A stretch of 53,649 bases of DNA from Nitrospirae bacterium CG02_land_8_20_14_3_00_41_53 (GCA_002780895.1 PEUB01000123.1:1-53649); one strand, 5' to 3'. Positions 1 to 11,172 are shown, counted from the stretch's first letter. Made by a program: numbers and translations. Notes: a model not told the origin generated them from the sequence alone.

Positions 1-180
1 CATTTCAGCATACCTCGGGATTGTTTCCTCAACAAATGCAGGTAAGTCACAGATTATCTTTAATATTGCCCCGCTGGGCAATTTTTCCATCACCTTTTTT
101 GTAGTGATAATGGGATAGGGACAGATTCTTCCGAGAAAGTCTAGGATTTCTGTTGGTGTCTTTGATTCCAAATCAGTCAT
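1..180 (-). CDS. TusA/SirA-family sulfurtransferase-like protein (C-terminal part lies outside the window)
   Basis: Own minus-strand translation. ATG at 180-178 is preceded by GGGAGG. MTDLESKTPTEILDFLGRICPYPIITTKKVMEKLPSGAILKIICD... has the CPxP layout of TusA-like proteins. Absent from the ORF track because it runs off the edge. Confidence 0.55.
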   Translation of the reverse strand, partial: MTDLESKTPTEILDFLGRICPYPIITTKKVMEKLPSGAILKIICDLPAFVEETIPRYAEM

Positions 181-452
181 TATTTTAAACCTCCCTCATT
201 TAAAAGTTTTATTAATGCCCTATCTAAGAATTTATAACTATTTCAGAGCTAATTCGTCAATACAAAAATGTAACCCCCGGCAATAGCTTTTATTAATGCT
301 ATAATTAAATAAATAAGTTTAGATAAAAGTTAGCCTGTAAACTGTCTAAGATAATTTATGAAGATGAACTTGTCATAGTCTTTGAGGATATAAATCCGCA
401 AAGACCGGTGCATAATGCCATGGCTGATGTCAGAGAGATATTGGGAATTATT

Positions 453-1610
453 TCAATTAATTCTTACAATCCCTGATTTCCCGACTTCTCCTTCAATAGA
501 GCACTTATATTCATGGAATAACCCTATAACCCATGAATTTGTCATCAGATGTTGTGTTATACAGGAAGTGGTGAATGATGATTCTTCTCTGCAGATTGAC
601 AGGTATAAAACTATCTGGTCTGATATATGTGGGTCAAGTGCAGAATTTGTTTCGTAATAATTGATGAATTCCAATGCAGCTTCTTCTCCAACAATCTCAG
701 CCTTTTTCCCTCTTTCACCGAGGGCTGTAAAGCCTGCAATCGAATTTTCTGACTCAGACTTTAAAAAAGTGAACGTCCCCTGTCCAGGAGTCGGAACACT
801 CAATAATTCCATATCAATGTTTGATTGAAGCGGGATTGCTATATTAGATGAATATATCCTTTCCACCAATGCTTTCTTTTGCCTTTCAGCTATTGATAAG
901 GGGAGATTACCTACACCTGAATAACCACTTAATCTCAAAATATTGCCGCGTTCTATAACATTTAAGGGCTTTACATGCTTTGCAGGAAATATTTCGGCCC
1001 TGACCTTTCCTCCGCCCTTTGGATAAAATCCATAAGACTCAATGACAAGCTTTATTTCAATGCCGATCTTCTTAAGAAAGGAAGCAAAAACCCTTTCAAG
1101 GTAATGAAAAGATGGGCTGAAAGGGACATGGGTGCCCCCTTTCAGAGTAATGGTTGATTTTTGTTTAAGTAATCCTCCATCACCCACTTTGTCAGTAATC
1201 CCCCTAAGTCCCCCTTTAGCAAAGGGGGATTGAGGGGGATTTTCATTTTCCATTGAGTCTTTGAAAGATATTTTAACTCCTCTCGAAAATATGAGTGCTG
1301 GAATGATTGTCTGAAGAACCAGTGAGATGGAACCGGCAGTTCCGACGTCAAAGAAAAAGTCTCCGCCTTTTACTGCTCTGGGTAAAAATAAAAGCTCTGT
1401 TGAGCCTGTCTGATCACCCTTTACTTCTGCGTTAGAGAGAAGCTGTGCAGCCCTGACGCATGTAAGATGCTGTGGCATGAGTCCCGGCTTCTTTCGTCCC
1501 TTTCTGATATTAAATATCCTGAATGGCTTTTTAAACAGGCAAGAAAGGCTCAGGGCCGTCCGCAGTATCTGTCCTCCACCCTCTCCGTAACTTCCATCTA
1601 TCTCTATCAT
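453..1610 (-). CDS. rtcA: RNA 3'-terminal phosphate cyclase
   Basis: 385-aa ORF. The N-terminus IEIDGSYGEGGGQILRTALSLS and overall layout are typical of RtcA. It is longer than usual because of an in-frame repeat insert (ENENPPQSPFAKGGLRGI). Confidence 0.85.
   Translation of the reverse strand: MIEIDGSYGEGGGQILRTALSLSCLFKKPFRIFNIRKGRKKPGLMPQHLTCVRAAQLLSNAEVKGDQTGSTELLFLPRAVKGGDFFFDVGTAGSISLVLQTIIPALIFSRGVKISFKDSMENENPPQSPFAKGGLRGITDKVGDGGLLKQKSTITLKGGTHVPFSPSFHYLERVFASFLKKIGIEIKLVIESYGFYPKGGGKVRAEIFPAKHVKPLNVIERGNILRLSGYSGVGNLPLSIAERQKKALVERIYSSNIAIPLQSNIDMELLSVPTPGQGTFTFLKSESENSIAGFTALGERGKKAEIVGEEAALEFINYYETNSALDPHISDQIVLYLSICREESSFTTSCITQHLMTNSWVIGLFHEYKCSIEGEVGKSGIVRIN
1197..1241. repeat. 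C/G-run palindromic element in frame in rtcA (minus-strand gene)
   Basis: aatccccctaagtccccctttagcaaagggggattgagggggatt, translated on the minus strand as NPPQSPFAKGGLRGI. Confidence 0.85.
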
Positions 1611-1783
1611 TGCAAGTTTGCTCCAAATACAAGGCTAAAACTTACCCCACGAAAAATTTATGCAATGTTAAGGTTAACACAATTTATAACCAGATGCCAC
1701 ATCTTATACCGAGAATTGCTGTAAAAAATTATAGAATCTGATAGAAAATACTGCTAAAATGTTATTATAGGACTTATAAAAAG

Positions 1784-1812
1784 TTGAAGAGCGAGGCGAA
1801 GAAGCAATCTGC
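1784..1812 (+). repeat. Solo left-arm relic of the GTCAT...GAGCGAAGCGAAGAATC...GGTGAC repeat family
   Basis: ttgaagagcgaggcgaagaagcaatctgc resembles the left arm of the element at 16183-16246. No matching right arm nearby. Confidence 0.35.
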
Positions 1813-1839
1813 TAAATATCATTTTAATAAGGAGGGGTT

Positions 1840-3195
1840 ATGGATATTATGGAGCTAAAAAACGTTATTGATGTCAGTAAAGACGGAGTAAAGATAAAAG
1901 ATGTAAACAGCCTGAAAAACATAATGGACAGCCTTGTTTATGAGGCTGTGTTTTCAGAGGGAGAGAAGAAAAATGCTCTTTTGATGCTCATAAAAGAAAT
2001 AGCAAAAGCAGCAGGCGCAACTCCGTCATCTATCCAATCTCTTTATGAAGAAATGGGCAGGGCATATCCGGGTTTCACAGTCCCTGCAATCAATATAAGG
2101 GGGCTTGCATACGATTCTGCCAAGGCTGTTTTCAGAAAGGCTGTTGAGATGAAAGTCGGACCCTTTATATTCGAGATAGCCCGTTCAGAGATTGGATATA
2201 CAAAACAAAGACCTCTTGAGTATGCTGCTGTTGTGCTTGCTGCAGCAGTAAAAGAAGGGTATCATGGACCTGTGTTTATCCAGGGTGACCATTTTCAGCT
2301 CGTCAGAAAGAACTATTTAAATGATCCAAAGGCTGAAACAGACTATGTAAAAGGTCTTGTTAAGGAGGCGATAGAGGCTGAGTTTTATAATATAGATATT
2401 GATTCATCTACACTTGTGGATATTGACAGAGAGACAATCAAAGAACAGCAGAGGCCAAATTTTGAGAAGACAGCAGAACTTGCTGCTTATATAAGAGAAA
2501 TCCAGTCTGATGGCATGGAGATATCCATTGGTGGAGAGATCGGAGAGATTGGAGGCAAGAACAGCACGCCTGATGAACTAAGGGCGTATCTGGATGGTTT
2601 TAATGAGACCTTTAAATCAGGTAAAGGATTAAGTAAGCTCAGTGTGCAGACAGGAACAAGTCATGGCGGGGTTGTACTGCCTGACGGAACACTCGCAAAG
2701 GTAAAAATAGATTTTTATACACTCAGGATACTTTCAGACCTTGCGAGAAAGACATACGGACTTTCAGGCTGTGTTCAACATGGCGCATCAACCCTTCCTG
2801 AGGAGGCATTCAATATGTTTCCAGAGACAGGGACATCAGAGGTTCACCTTGCTACGGGATTTCAGAATATAATTTATGACAGCAAGCATCTACCTGAGGG
2901 ATTCAGGAAAGAGGTTTATAGTTTCATAAGCCAAGAGTATGCAAAAGAGAGGAAGGAAGGCCAGACTGAGGAGCAGTTTATATACAGCACAAGGAAAAAG
3001 GGATTTGGACCATTAAAGAAGAAATGGTGGGATTTGCCTTCAAGCATAAAAGAGCCTGTTATGAAGGAATTAGAGGCTAAATTTGGATTGTTATTTGAGA
3101 AGTTAAAGGTTAGGAATACTATGGATATTGTGAAAAGGACAGTAAGGCCTGTGGTTATTAAAAAGGAAATCAATTCAGGGCTATTGGGTTTATAG
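1840..3195 (+). CDS. fba: Class II fructose-bisphosphate aldolase
   Basis: 451-aa ORF with AAGGAGGGG SD. Motifs PAINIRG, FIQGDHFQ, IGGEIGEIGG, QTGTSHGG and QHGASTLP fit class II ketose-bisphosphate aldolases. Confidence 0.8.
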   Translation: MDIMELKNVIDVSKDGVKIKDVNSLKNIMDSLVYEAVFSEGEKKNALLMLIKEIAKAAGATPSSIQSLYEEMGRAYPGFTVPAINIRGLAYDSAKAVFRKAVEMKVGPFIFEIARSEIGYTKQRPLEYAAVVLAAAVKEGYHGPVFIQGDHFQLVRKNYLNDPKAETDYVKGLVKEAIEAEFYNIDIDSSTLVDIDRETIKEQQRPNFEKTAELAAYIREIQSDGMEISIGGEIGEIGGKNSTPDELRAYLDGFNETFKSGKGLSKLSVQTGTSHGGVVLPDGTLAKVKIDFYTLRILSDLARKTYGLSGCVQHGASTLPEEAFNMFPETGTSEVHLATGFQNIIYDSKHLPEGFRKEVYSFISQEYAKERKEGQTEEQFIYSTRKKGFGPLKKKWWDLPSSIKEPVMKELEAKFGLLFEKLKVRNTMDIVKRTVRPVVIKKEINSGLLGL

Positions 3196-3209
3196 ATACA
3201 GATTTATTG

Positions 3210-4622
3210 TCATCTTTCTTTTCTTGCCACGCCGGTCCTGTAGGCAGCATCTGAAACACTTGAAGCAACTGTTGTAACAACCTTTCTATCAAAGATACTC
3301 GGCACTATGTAGTCTTCACTCAGTTCCTTCTCATCAACCATTGAGGCTATTGCCTTAGCAGCAGCGAGCTTAATCTCTTCATTAACAGTTCTGGCCCTTG
3401 AATCAAGGAGCCCCCTGAATAGTCCGGGAAAACAGAGCATATTGTTAATCTGGTTTGGATAATCAGACCTGCCTGTTGCAAGGATCCTTACATGGGGAGA
3501 TGTATCTTCAGGGGCTATTTCTGGCTCCGGATTAGCAAGGGCAAAGACAATTGGGTCAGTGGTCATCCTCTTAATATCATCAACCGTAATAAGATTTGGC
3601 GCAGAAACTCCGATAAAAACATCTGCGCCTTCCATGGAATCTGAGATGCTTCCTTTAATCATTGCAGGGTTTGTATTTTCCGAAAGCCATATCTTTACAG
3701 GATTCATATGCCTTTTTCTGCTCTTGTAAATAGCTCCTTTCCTATCACAAATAATTATATTAGTTATACCTACTTCTTTAAGGATCTTACAACATGCTGT
3801 TCCTGCAGCACCAGCACCTGAAATAACTATCTTTAGCCTTTTTAGTTGTTTGCCAACGATTTTCACTGCATTGATAAGAGCCGCAAGGATCACAACAGCT
3901 GTCCCATGCTGGTCATCGTGAAAGACAGGGATATCAAGCTCTTTTTTAAGCCTCTCCTCTATTTCAAAACATCTTGGTGAGGAGACATCCTCGAGGTTTA
4001 TACCCCCAAAGGCAGGCGAAATATATTTTATGGTCTTGATTATTTCTTCGGTGTCCTCCGTCGAAAGACATATTGGAAAGGCATCAATGTTTGCGAACTC
4101 CTTAAATATCATAGCCTTTCCTTCCATAACAGGCAGTGCTGCCTCAGGCCCAATGTCTCCGAGTCCCAGGACTGCACTTCCATCTGTTATTATCGCTACT
4201 GAATTCCTCTTTATCGTGAACCTGTAAGCCTTCTCTTTGTCGTGATGTATTGCCATGCATACACGGGCAACTCCGGGGGTATAAACCCTTGAAAGATCGT
4301 TCCGGTTTTTTACAGGTACTTTATTATGTATCTCTATCTTCCCACCATGGTGCAGTAAAAATGTCCTGTCTGATACATGGATAACCCTCACCCCTTTAAT
4401 CTTCTTAACAGCATTAACGATATTTTTTTCATGTGCCTCGTCCCGTGCATTAATAGTGATATCTCTTACAATCATACCTTTCCCTACCCTGACAATATCC
4501 ACAGCACCGATATCTCCACCTGTTTTACCAATAGCTGTTGCAATCTTTCCAAACATACCAACCTGATTTACTATCTCGAGTCTGAGTGTTATGCTGTAGC
4601 TTGGGCTTGGTGTTGTCTTCAT
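3210..4622 (-). CDS. NAD(P)-dependent malic enzyme with N-terminal ACT domain
   Basis: 470-aa ORF. ACT-like N-terminus, then VYTPGVA, ITDGSAVLGLGDIG, FGGINLEDV, HDDQHGTA and GAGAAG, as in short bacterial malic enzymes. Confidence 0.85.
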   Translation of the reverse strand: MKTTPSPSYSITLRLEIVNQVGMFGKIATAIGKTGGDIGAVDIVRVGKGMIVRDITINARDEAHEKNIVNAVKKIKGVRVIHVSDRTFLLHHGGKIEIHNKVPVKNRNDLSRVYTPGVARVCMAIHHDKEKAYRFTIKRNSVAIITDGSAVLGLGDIGPEAALPVMEGKAMIFKEFANIDAFPICLSTEDTEEIIKTIKYISPAFGGINLEDVSSPRCFEIEERLKKELDIPVFHDDQHGTAVVILAALINAVKIVGKQLKRLKIVISGAGAAGTACCKILKEVGITNIIICDRKGAIYKSRKRHMNPVKIWLSENTNPAMIKGSISDSMEGADVFIGVSAPNLITVDDIKRMTTDPIVFALANPEPEIAPEDTSPHVRILATGRSDYPNQINNMLCFPGLFRGLLDSRARTVNEEIKLAAAKAIASMVDEKELSEDYIVPSIFDRKVVTTVASSVSDAAYRTGVARKER

Positions 4623-4676
4623 ATGGTAATTATACAGTTAAAAAGCTAAGAGTGGAAAGGAGGGAATTAAGAGGGG

Positions 4677-5342
4677 TTATTCTTCAGTGCATTCAGGCAT
4701 TTCGATTTCGAAAACCCTTTTATGTTCTCTAAGGATTTGACATGCCTCATCTATCTCATCTACGAGTGAAATTAATCCTAAATCCTCAGGTGACATAGTG
4801 TTATTTGGGATAAGGGTTGATCTAAACCAGTCTATTAGACCTTTCCAGTAGTCTTTACCGAAAAGTATTATCGGAAATACACCAATCTTTTTTGTCTGTG
4901 AGAGTGTAAGTGCCTCAAACAATTCATCCATGGTGCCAAAGCCGCCTGGGAATATAATGAATGCAAAGGCATATTTTACAAACATGAGTTTTCTTATAAA
5001 AAAATATCTAAAGGAAAGAGATATGTCTTGATACTCATTGGTACGCTGTTTTTGGGGCATCTCGATATTAAGGCCAACGGATTTGCCTTTCCCATGATGA
5101 GCTCCTTTATTTGCACCTTCCATGATACCCGGTCCGCCACCGGTAATAACGGCAAACCCTCTATCGGATAGCTTTTTCCCAAGCTCAACAGCCTTCTCGT
5201 AGTAACAGGAACCTGGTTTCATTCGTGAGCTGCCAAAGATGGTCACAGCAGGGCCAATCCCGTTAAGGGTCTCAAAGCCTTCCACGAGTTCTGACTGGAT
5301 TCTAAAAACCCGCCATGTTTCTGAATGTTTTAAATCTTCCAT
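4677..5342 (-). CDS. LOG-family (TIGR00730) cytokinin riboside 5'-monophosphate phosphoribohydrolase-like protein
   Basis: Motifs GGGPGIMEGANKGA and PGGFGTMDELFE. I start it at ATG 5342 (MEDLKHSE..., SD GGAG). The longer track ORF would overlap rnj and has a non-homologous low-complexity N-terminus. Confidence 0.8.
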   Translation of the reverse strand: MEDLKHSETWRVFRIQSELVEGFETLNGIGPAVTIFGSSRMKPGSCYYEKAVELGKKLSDRGFAVITGGGPGIMEGANKGAHHGKGKSVGLNIEMPQKQRTNEYQDISLSFRYFFIRKLMFVKYAFAFIIFPGGFGTMDELFEALTLSQTKKIGVFPIILFGKDYWKGLIDWFRSTLIPNNTMSPEDLGLISLVDEIDEACQILREHKRVFEIEMPECTEE

Positions 5343-5472
5343 TATAAGATCTCCTTTTTTGTTGAGATAGTAGTTTACTGACCTTGCTTTATAATACAAC
5401 TTTTTGTGTGGTATTCTATAGTCGAGAATAGGTGAAGTAGGAGAACGAAATCTGATATAATAATGTTTATTA

Positions 5473-7128
5473 ATGGAAAATACACTGTCTGTAATCCCTC
5501 TCGGCGGAGTTGGGGAGATCGGCCTCAACATGACAGTCCTTGAATACAATAATGATATTATTGTTATTGACGCAGGGCTGATGTTCCCGGAGGAAGATAT
5601 GCTCGGAGTAGATTTTGTCATCCCCGATTTCTCTTATTTGCTCGATAACAGGGAAAAGATAAGGGGTGTAATTCTTACACACGGCCATGAGGACCACACA
5701 GGAGCTCTTCCCTTTCTGCTAAAGGAAATAAATGTCTCTGTCTATGGAACTCCTCTGACTCTCGGACTTGTGAAAGAGAAACTCCGCGAACATAACCTCG
5801 AACATACTAAACTTGTTTCGGTAAAACCGAGGGAAGTCATAAACCTTGGTGTCTTCTCAGTAGAATTCATAAGGGTAACTCACAGCATAGTCGACGGAGT
5901 TGGCCTCGGTATAACAACCCCTGTAGGACTTGTTGTACATACAGGAGATTTCAAGCTTGACCCAACGCCTGTTGATGGCCAGCTCATGGATTTTCACAGG
6001 TTTTCTGAATATGGAGAAAGAGGTACACTCCTGCTTTTATCTGATAGCACAAACGCTGAGAAAGGTGGATACACATTCTCCGAGAAAGAGGTAAGACGTG
6101 CGTTTGAGGATATATTCTCAAATACACAAGGAAGGATTATCATTGCGACATTTGCATCAAATATCCATAGAATTCAACAGGCGATTGATGTGGCTGTTAA
6201 GTATGGTAGAAAGATTATCCTATGTGGGAGGAGCATTGTCTCGAACGCACAGATAGCGCTTGATCTCGGTTATCTCAGGATCCCTCAAAATATGTGGCTC
6301 AGGCTGGAAGATCTTAATAAACTTAAAGACCATGAGGTTGTAATCATAACAACAGGAAGTCAGGGTGAGCCGATGAGTGTGCTTTCGAGGATTGCGACAG
6401 ATGAACACAAGCACATCAAGATTAAGGACGGAGATACCGTCATACTCTCAGCAAAGGTGATTCCGGGCAATGAACGTTCCATAGGAAAGATAATAAACCA
6501 CCTCTTCAGGCAGGGAGCGAATGTTATCTACGAAAAGGTATCAGAGGTGCATGTCTCTGGCCATGCTTCAAAGGAAGAACTCAAGTTAATGCTAAACATT
6601 GTGAGGCCAAAATATTTTATGCCTGTACATGGCGAATACAGACATCTTGTTTACCATTCGATGCTCGCTAAGAAACTCGACATACCTAAAGAAAATATAT
6701 TTATATTTAGAGATGGGGATATACTTGAAATATCCGCTGAAGGAGCGAGAAAAAATGGCAGGGTGAATTCAGGCCGCATATTTATAGACGGCAAAGGCAT
6801 AGGGGATGTGGGAGAAATGGTTCTTCGAGACCGCTTGCGGCTTGCTCACGACGGAATCGTCCTGATACTTTTAGGGATAGAAAAACTTACAGGGAATATC
6901 ATCTCGGGTCCTGAGATTATATCAAGGGGATTTGTATTTGAGGATGCATCTCAGGAAGTGATTAATAGTGTAAAGGAGCTCCTCTCAAATACAATAAAAG
7001 GACTCGATAAAGAGCTGATATCGGATTCCTCACTGCTTAAGGCAAGGCTCAGAAGCACCTTGAAGAAATACCTCAGGGATACAATGGATAGGAGACCGAT
7101 GATCTTGCCTATAATATTTGAGGTTTAA
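5473..7128 (+). CDS. rnj: Ribonuclease J
   Basis: 551 aa. IPLGGVGEIGLNM and HGHEDHTGALPFLL (metallo-beta-lactamase/beta-CASP) plus an RNase J C-terminal domain. Confidence 0.9.
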   Translation: MENTLSVIPLGGVGEIGLNMTVLEYNNDIIVIDAGLMFPEEDMLGVDFVIPDFSYLLDNREKIRGVILTHGHEDHTGALPFLLKEINVSVYGTPLTLGLVKEKLREHNLEHTKLVSVKPREVINLGVFSVEFIRVTHSIVDGVGLGITTPVGLVVHTGDFKLDPTPVDGQLMDFHRFSEYGERGTLLLLSDSTNAEKGGYTFSEKEVRRAFEDIFSNTQGRIIIATFASNIHRIQQAIDVAVKYGRKIILCGRSIVSNAQIALDLGYLRIPQNMWLRLEDLNKLKDHEVVIITTGSQGEPMSVLSRIATDEHKHIKIKDGDTVILSAKVIPGNERSIGKIINHLFRQGANVIYEKVSEVHVSGHASKEELKLMLNIVRPKYFMPVHGEYRHLVYHSMLAKKLDIPKENIFIFRDGDILEISAEGARKNGRVNSGRIFIDGKGIGDVGEMVLRDRLRLAHDGIVLILLGIEKLTGNIISGPEIISRGFVFEDASQEVINSVKELLSNTIKGLDKELISDSSLLKARLRSTLKKYLRDTMDRRPMILPIIFEV

Positions 7129-7133
7129 GACTA

Positions 7134-7901
7134 ATGCTTGAGGCTATTATATTAGGTATCGTGCAGGGGATAACTGAATTCCTGCCTGTCAGCAGCACCG
7201 CACATTTAATATTATTCCCGTGGTTTTTTAACTGGAGCGGCAGCGTGAACACACTTACCTTTGACGTTGCACTTCATGCAGGTACACTATTTGCGCTTAT
7301 TCTGTTTTTCTGGAAAGACTGGACAGAGCTTATCGCAAAAAAACATAGACTTTTTGGATTGATTATCTTAGCATCAATCCCTGCTGGAGTTGCAGGATTT
7401 TTTCTTAACGACATCGTAGAAAATGGCCTGAGAAGACCACTGATAATAAGTGTAATGTTAATTGCTGTAGGATTTTTGATGCTCATCGCTGAAAAGGCAA
7501 ATAAATATAAAGATATAGAGAAGGCAGGTTTAAAAGATGCAGTTATTATCGGCATTGCTCAGGCCATTGCCCTTATACCTGGTGTCTCACGCTCGGGCAT
7601 TACGATCTCAGCCGGACTTTTCAGAGGATTTGAAAGGGAAGCAGCCGCAAGATTTTCATTCCTGCTTTCAACTCCGCTTATTGCGGGCGCGACCATGCTT
7701 CACATCAGAAAGGCTTTTACCAGTCAGGTGGACCATGACCTCGGGCTATTTTCCATAGGAATTATCACTTCCTGTATTACAGGGTTAGTTGCTATCAAAT
7801 TTTTATTAGCCTTCCTTAAGAGATATCCTTTGAATCTCTTCGCTTATTACAGGTTTATACTTTCCGCTGTTATAATAGCAGGGATATGGTTGAAAGGATA
7901 A
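7134..7901 (+). CDS. uppP: Undecaprenyl-diphosphate phosphatase
   Basis: 255-aa polytopic membrane ORF. GITEFLPVSSTAHL and PGVSRSG motifs of BacA/UppP. Confidence 0.9.
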   Translation: MLEAIILGIVQGITEFLPVSSTAHLILFPWFFNWSGSVNTLTFDVALHAGTLFALILFFWKDWTELIAKKHRLFGLIILASIPAGVAGFFLNDIVENGLRRPLIISVMLIAVGFLMLIAEKANKYKDIEKAGLKDAVIIGIAQAIALIPGVSRSGITISAGLFRGFEREAAARFSFLLSTPLIAGATMLHIRKAFTSQVDHDLGLFSIGIITSCITGLVAIKFLLAFLKRYPLNLFAYYRFILSAVIIAGIWLKG

Positions 7902-9949
7902 AACGTATAAAAGAAGAGATAGCCGGTGTCGTTTCTGCACTGGCGAGCCTTTATCTTTTTATGAGTCTGATCACACATTATATAAGAGATCCCGTTCTTT
8001 TTTTTCGAGCCACAGAACCTCCTGAACCGGTACGGAATCTCGGCGGAATAACCGGGGCATATATTTCAGGCTGGTTGATTATATTGTTTGGACTTGCTGC
8101 CTTTATTATCCCTTTTTTGATGGTTGCTTTTGGAATTAAACGGCTAATGGGGAAAGAGGGACATAAGATTTACCTGGTTGGAAGTATTTTATTTATTATA
8201 TCGTCTTCTTTATTATTTTCGCTATTATCCTACACCTTTAATATCACCATAATAAAATACCCTGATGGTATTGGCGGCCTTATAGGCAGAGGAATAGCTA
8301 ACCTTGCTAATCAGTTTTTCTACCTTCCCGGGGCCTATATCTTTTCGCTTTCTGTGTTCCTCTCTTCAATCATCTTACTGAGTCCTGTATCTGTTACTGC
8401 GCTTGTACTAAGAAGAAAAAAGCAGAGAGCAGAGGGCAAGGAGCAGAGAGAAGAAACAACTTTAGAAGACCAGGAGATACTTATTAGAGAACATGAACCT
8501 TTACCTGTATCTCAATCCATGCCCAAGATAGAGGTTGTGAGGCCAAGAAAGATAGGGAGCTATGAACTCCCGTCTTTAGAGCTACTGGGTCAACCTGACT
8601 CTGCAGCCTTAAGGCCTTCAAAGGATGAACTTTTGACATATTCATCACTAATCGAGAAAAAACTTGAGGACTTCAGTGTTGAAGGTAGGGTTACACAGGT
8701 ACATCCAGGCCCTGTTGTCACGATGTATGAGTTCGAACCTGCGCCTGGTGTGAAGATAAACAGGGTTGTCTCCCTTTCTGACGATCTTTCTCTTGCACTC
8801 AAGGCACAGAGCGTCAGGGTTTCACCAATTCCAGGAAAGGCCGCAATAGGCATAGAAATTCCTAACAGACAGAGGGAGATAGTATCACTTAGGGAAATCC
8901 TCTCATCGGATGGTTTTAAAAAGAATAATTCAAAGCTTGCCCTCGGTCTCGGTAAGGACATATTCGGAACACCGGTGGTGGCAGATTTAGGGAAGATGCC
9001 TCATCTTCTCGTTGCAGGTGCGACAGGTTCAGGCAAGAGCGTATCGATAAACGCAATGGTTATGAGCATACTGTATAAAGCAACGCCGACTGAGGTAAAG
9101 ATGTTGATGGTAGATCCCAAGCTGCTTGAACTATCAGCATACGAGGAAATACCCCATCTAATCTCACCTGTTATAACAATCCCAAAAGAAGCAGCAGAGG
9201 CGTTGAAAAAGATGGTCATAGAAATGGAGCGGAGGTACAGGGTGCTTGCAGAAAGGGCTGCAAGAAATATTGAAAGTTTTAACATCCAGGCAAGAGACGA
9301 GGATCAACTCCCTTATATTGTTATTGTTATAGACGAACTTGCTGACCTGATGTTTACAGCAGCAAATGATGTTGAAGACTCGATAGCCAGGCTTGCGCAG
9401 ATGGGAAGGGCATCAGGTATTCATCTTATCCTTGCGACACAGAGGCCCTCTGTTGACGTAATTACAGGAATAATAAAGGCAAACTTTCCTGCGAGGATAT
9501 CCTTCCAGGTATCTTCAAAGGTGGACTCAAGGACAATTCTGGATACACATGGTGCGGAACAGCTCCTCGGTAAAGGTGATATGCTTTTAATGTTACCGGG
9601 GGCAAGGACTATACGCGTCCACGGAGCCCTTATTACAGAAGAGGAAATAAATGCTGTTACTGAGTTCATAAAGTCGCAGGGAAGACCTGATTACACAATA
9701 TTAGAAAGCATACAGGATGCTGATGAAATGGAGGCGGATGAAAGGTCAGGGGAAAGAGACGAGATGTATCTGAAGGCGATCGAGTTTGGAGAGATGACTG
9801 GAGAGGTATCCATATCATCCATACAGAGGCGGTTCAAGATAGGATACAACAGGGCAGCGAGGATAATGGAGTTGATGGAAGAAGACGGCATTGTAGGCCC
9901 ACCAAGAGGTGCAGGAAAACCGAGGGAGTTTTTAAGGAGAAGGAGATGA
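7886..9949 (+). CDS. ftsK: DNA translocase FtsK
   Basis: 687 aa. N-terminal TM segments, a charged linker, the motor domain ([32 protein letters not shown]) and a gamma winged-helix C-terminus. Confidence 0.9.
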   Translation: MVERIKRIKEEIAGVVSALASLYLFMSLITHYIRDPVLFFRATEPPEPVRNLGGITGAYISGWLIILFGLAAFIIPFLMVAFGIKRLMGKEGHKIYLVGSILFIISSSLLFSLLSYTFNITIIKYPDGIGGLIGRGIANLANQFFYLPGAYIFSLSVFLSSIILLSPVSVTALVLRRKKQRAEGKEQREETTLEDQEILIREHEPLPVSQSMPKIEVVRPRKIGSYELPSLELLGQPDSAALRPSKDELLTYSSLIEKKLEDFSVEGRVTQVHPGPVVTMYEFEPAPGVKINRVVSLSDDLSLALKAQSVRVSPIPGKAAIGIEIPNRQREIVSLREILSSDGFKKNNSKLALGLGKDIFGTPVVADLGKMPHLLVAGATGSGKSVSINAMVMSILYKATPTEVKMLMVDPKLLELSAYEEIPHLISPVITIPKEAAEALKKMVIEMERRYRVLAERAARNIESFNIQARDEDQLPYIVIVIDELADLMFTAANDVEDSIARLAQMGRASGIHLILATQRPSVDVITGIIKANFPARISFQVSSKVDSRTILDTHGAEQLLGKGDMLLMLPGARTIRVHGALITEEEINAVTEFIKSQGRPDYTILESIQDADEMEADERSGERDEMYLKAIEFGEMTGEVSISSIQRRFKIGYNRAARIMELMEEDGIVGPPRGAGKPREFLRRRR
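8422..8449 (+). repeat. Heptanucleotide tandem array, gcagaga type, 4 units
   Basis: gcagaga gcagagg gcaagga gcagaga inside the FtsK linker ([11 protein letters not shown]). The unit resembles gcaaaga at 20621. Confidence 0.6.
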
Positions 9950-9963
9950 AAGCAGGATTTGTT

Positions 9964-10049
9964 TGGTGCCGAAGGCGGGATTTGAACCCGCATGGGTTAC
10001 CCCACACGCCCCTCAAACGTGCGTGTCTACCAGGTTCCACCACTTCGGC
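9964..10049 (-). tRNA. tRNA-Leu (anticodon GAG), class II with long variable arm, CCA encoded
   Basis: The reverse complement folds by hand. Acceptor GCCGAAG/CTTCGGC, anticodon stem CACGT/GCGTG with loop TTGAGGG, long variable arm, T arm GCGGG-TTCAAAT-CCCGC, 3' ACCA. Confidence 0.85.
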
Positions 10050-10086
10050 ATTGGCAGTTTATGCTACTACAAAAATCTGAGGTTTA

Positions 10087-10761
10087 TCAGGCAATGAGTT
10101 GTTTATTAATCTTGATTTTTATCTGTTTTTTAAGACCTTCAATATATGACTTAACTGCCTTTTCTTTTCTGTCATTAAGTATTTGCTCACTGAGCATCTT
10201 TACTAACTGGTTGTCACCAGATACCTTTTCTAAATTAGAATTGATAGCTGTCACATCAACAGACAGCTCTATTAAACGTCTCATTTTTTTGAGTGTTAGT
10301 TCCTGGCGTTTTGAACTCTCATATGCCTCTGGAGTTATCCTGTTCAGCCTCAGCCTGTTAAGGTAAACATCCTTATCGAATACACCATTTCTCAAAAAAG
10401 CTGGTTCATGTGTTATTGATTCTTGAAGTTCTTCGTCACTTATATTAATATCTGCTTCTTTAGCAGCTATAAGCAGGACCTGTTCATCTATCATTGAGTT
10501 AAGGACATTCTCTTTCAGGTTCATCTTTTTTTCCATCTCTTCATCAAACTTATCCTTATATATCTCCCTGTAAAAACGGGATACCCCTTCATACCTTCTC
10601 CAGTATTCCTCAGTTGTTATTTTGTATTTCCCAACCTCTGCTACAGTCTCAACGCCGCCTGTTTTATCTACACCGCCTACACCCCAGAATATAAAACTTA
10701 TTATTATCATAAAGAAAAGGACATAGAAATACTTTGCATGTTTTCGCATCACCTTGAGCAT
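10087..10761 (-). CDS. SurA N-terminal domain / PpiD-like periplasmic chaperone (no PPIase domain seen)
   Basis: 224 aa. N-terminal membrane anchor (YFYVLFFMIIISFIFWG) followed by a helical chaperone-like region. Confidence 0.55.
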   Translation of the reverse strand: MLKVMRKHAKYFYVLFFMIIISFIFWGVGGVDKTGGVETVAEVGKYKITTEEYWRRYEGVSRFYREIYKDKFDEEMEKKMNLKENVLNSMIDEQVLLIAAKEADINISDEELQESITHEPAFLRNGVFDKDVYLNRLRLNRITPEAYESSKRQELTLKKMRRLIELSVDVTAINSNLEKVSGDNQLVKMLSEQILNDRKEKAVKSYIEGLKKQIKIKINKQLIA

Positions 10762-10764
10762 CTA

Positions 10765-11172
10765 CTAATACCTCCCTGAAAAATAATCATTTATTATATC
10801 TCTGTGGTCAAAGGCTATCTGATCAGGCAGGATGTCTTTACTAAATACACCAATCTCTTTTGCATCATCTCCTGCGATTGCCTTGCCTTTAGCCTTTGCT
10901 ATAAAAACTGTTGTTATTGTATGGTGCCTGGGATCCCTTTTCGGGTCAGAGTATGTATGAAACTGCCTTAGTAGTTCAACATCGAGCCCTGTCTCTTCTT
11001 TTGCCTCCCTCACAGCAGCAGTCTCAAGGCTCTCCCCATATTCTACAAAACCTCCTGGCAGAGCCCACCCTTCAGGCGGATTTTTCCTCTTTATTAGTAC
11101 AATGCCTCTATTATACTCTATTATCAGGTCTGCAGTCGGAATAGGGTTACTGAGGTGGCTGCTGGTCTTCAA
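10765..11172 (-). CDS. NUDIX hydrolase
   Basis: 135 aa with Nudix box [23 protein letters not shown]. Confidence 0.8.
   Translation of the reverse strand: MKTSSHLSNPIPTADLIIEYNRGIVLIKRKNPPEGWALPGGFVEYGESLETAAVREAKEETGLDVELLRQFHTYSDPKRDPRHHTITTVFIAKAKGKAIAGDDAKEIGVFSKDILPDQIAFDHRDIINDYFSGRY

Noticed and set aside
181-452. 13-nt direct repeat TTTTATTAATGC (about 207 and 285) in the tusA-rtcA spacer
   Set aside because: It lies in a very AT-rich spacer where such matches are expected by chance, and it has no associated structure.
5343-5621. The long 314-aa version of the LOG-family ORF (track 4677..5621)
   Set aside because: The extra 93 N-terminal residues are low-complexity and show no family similarity. 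They overlap the rnj start on the other strand. A good SD and ATG lie at 5342.
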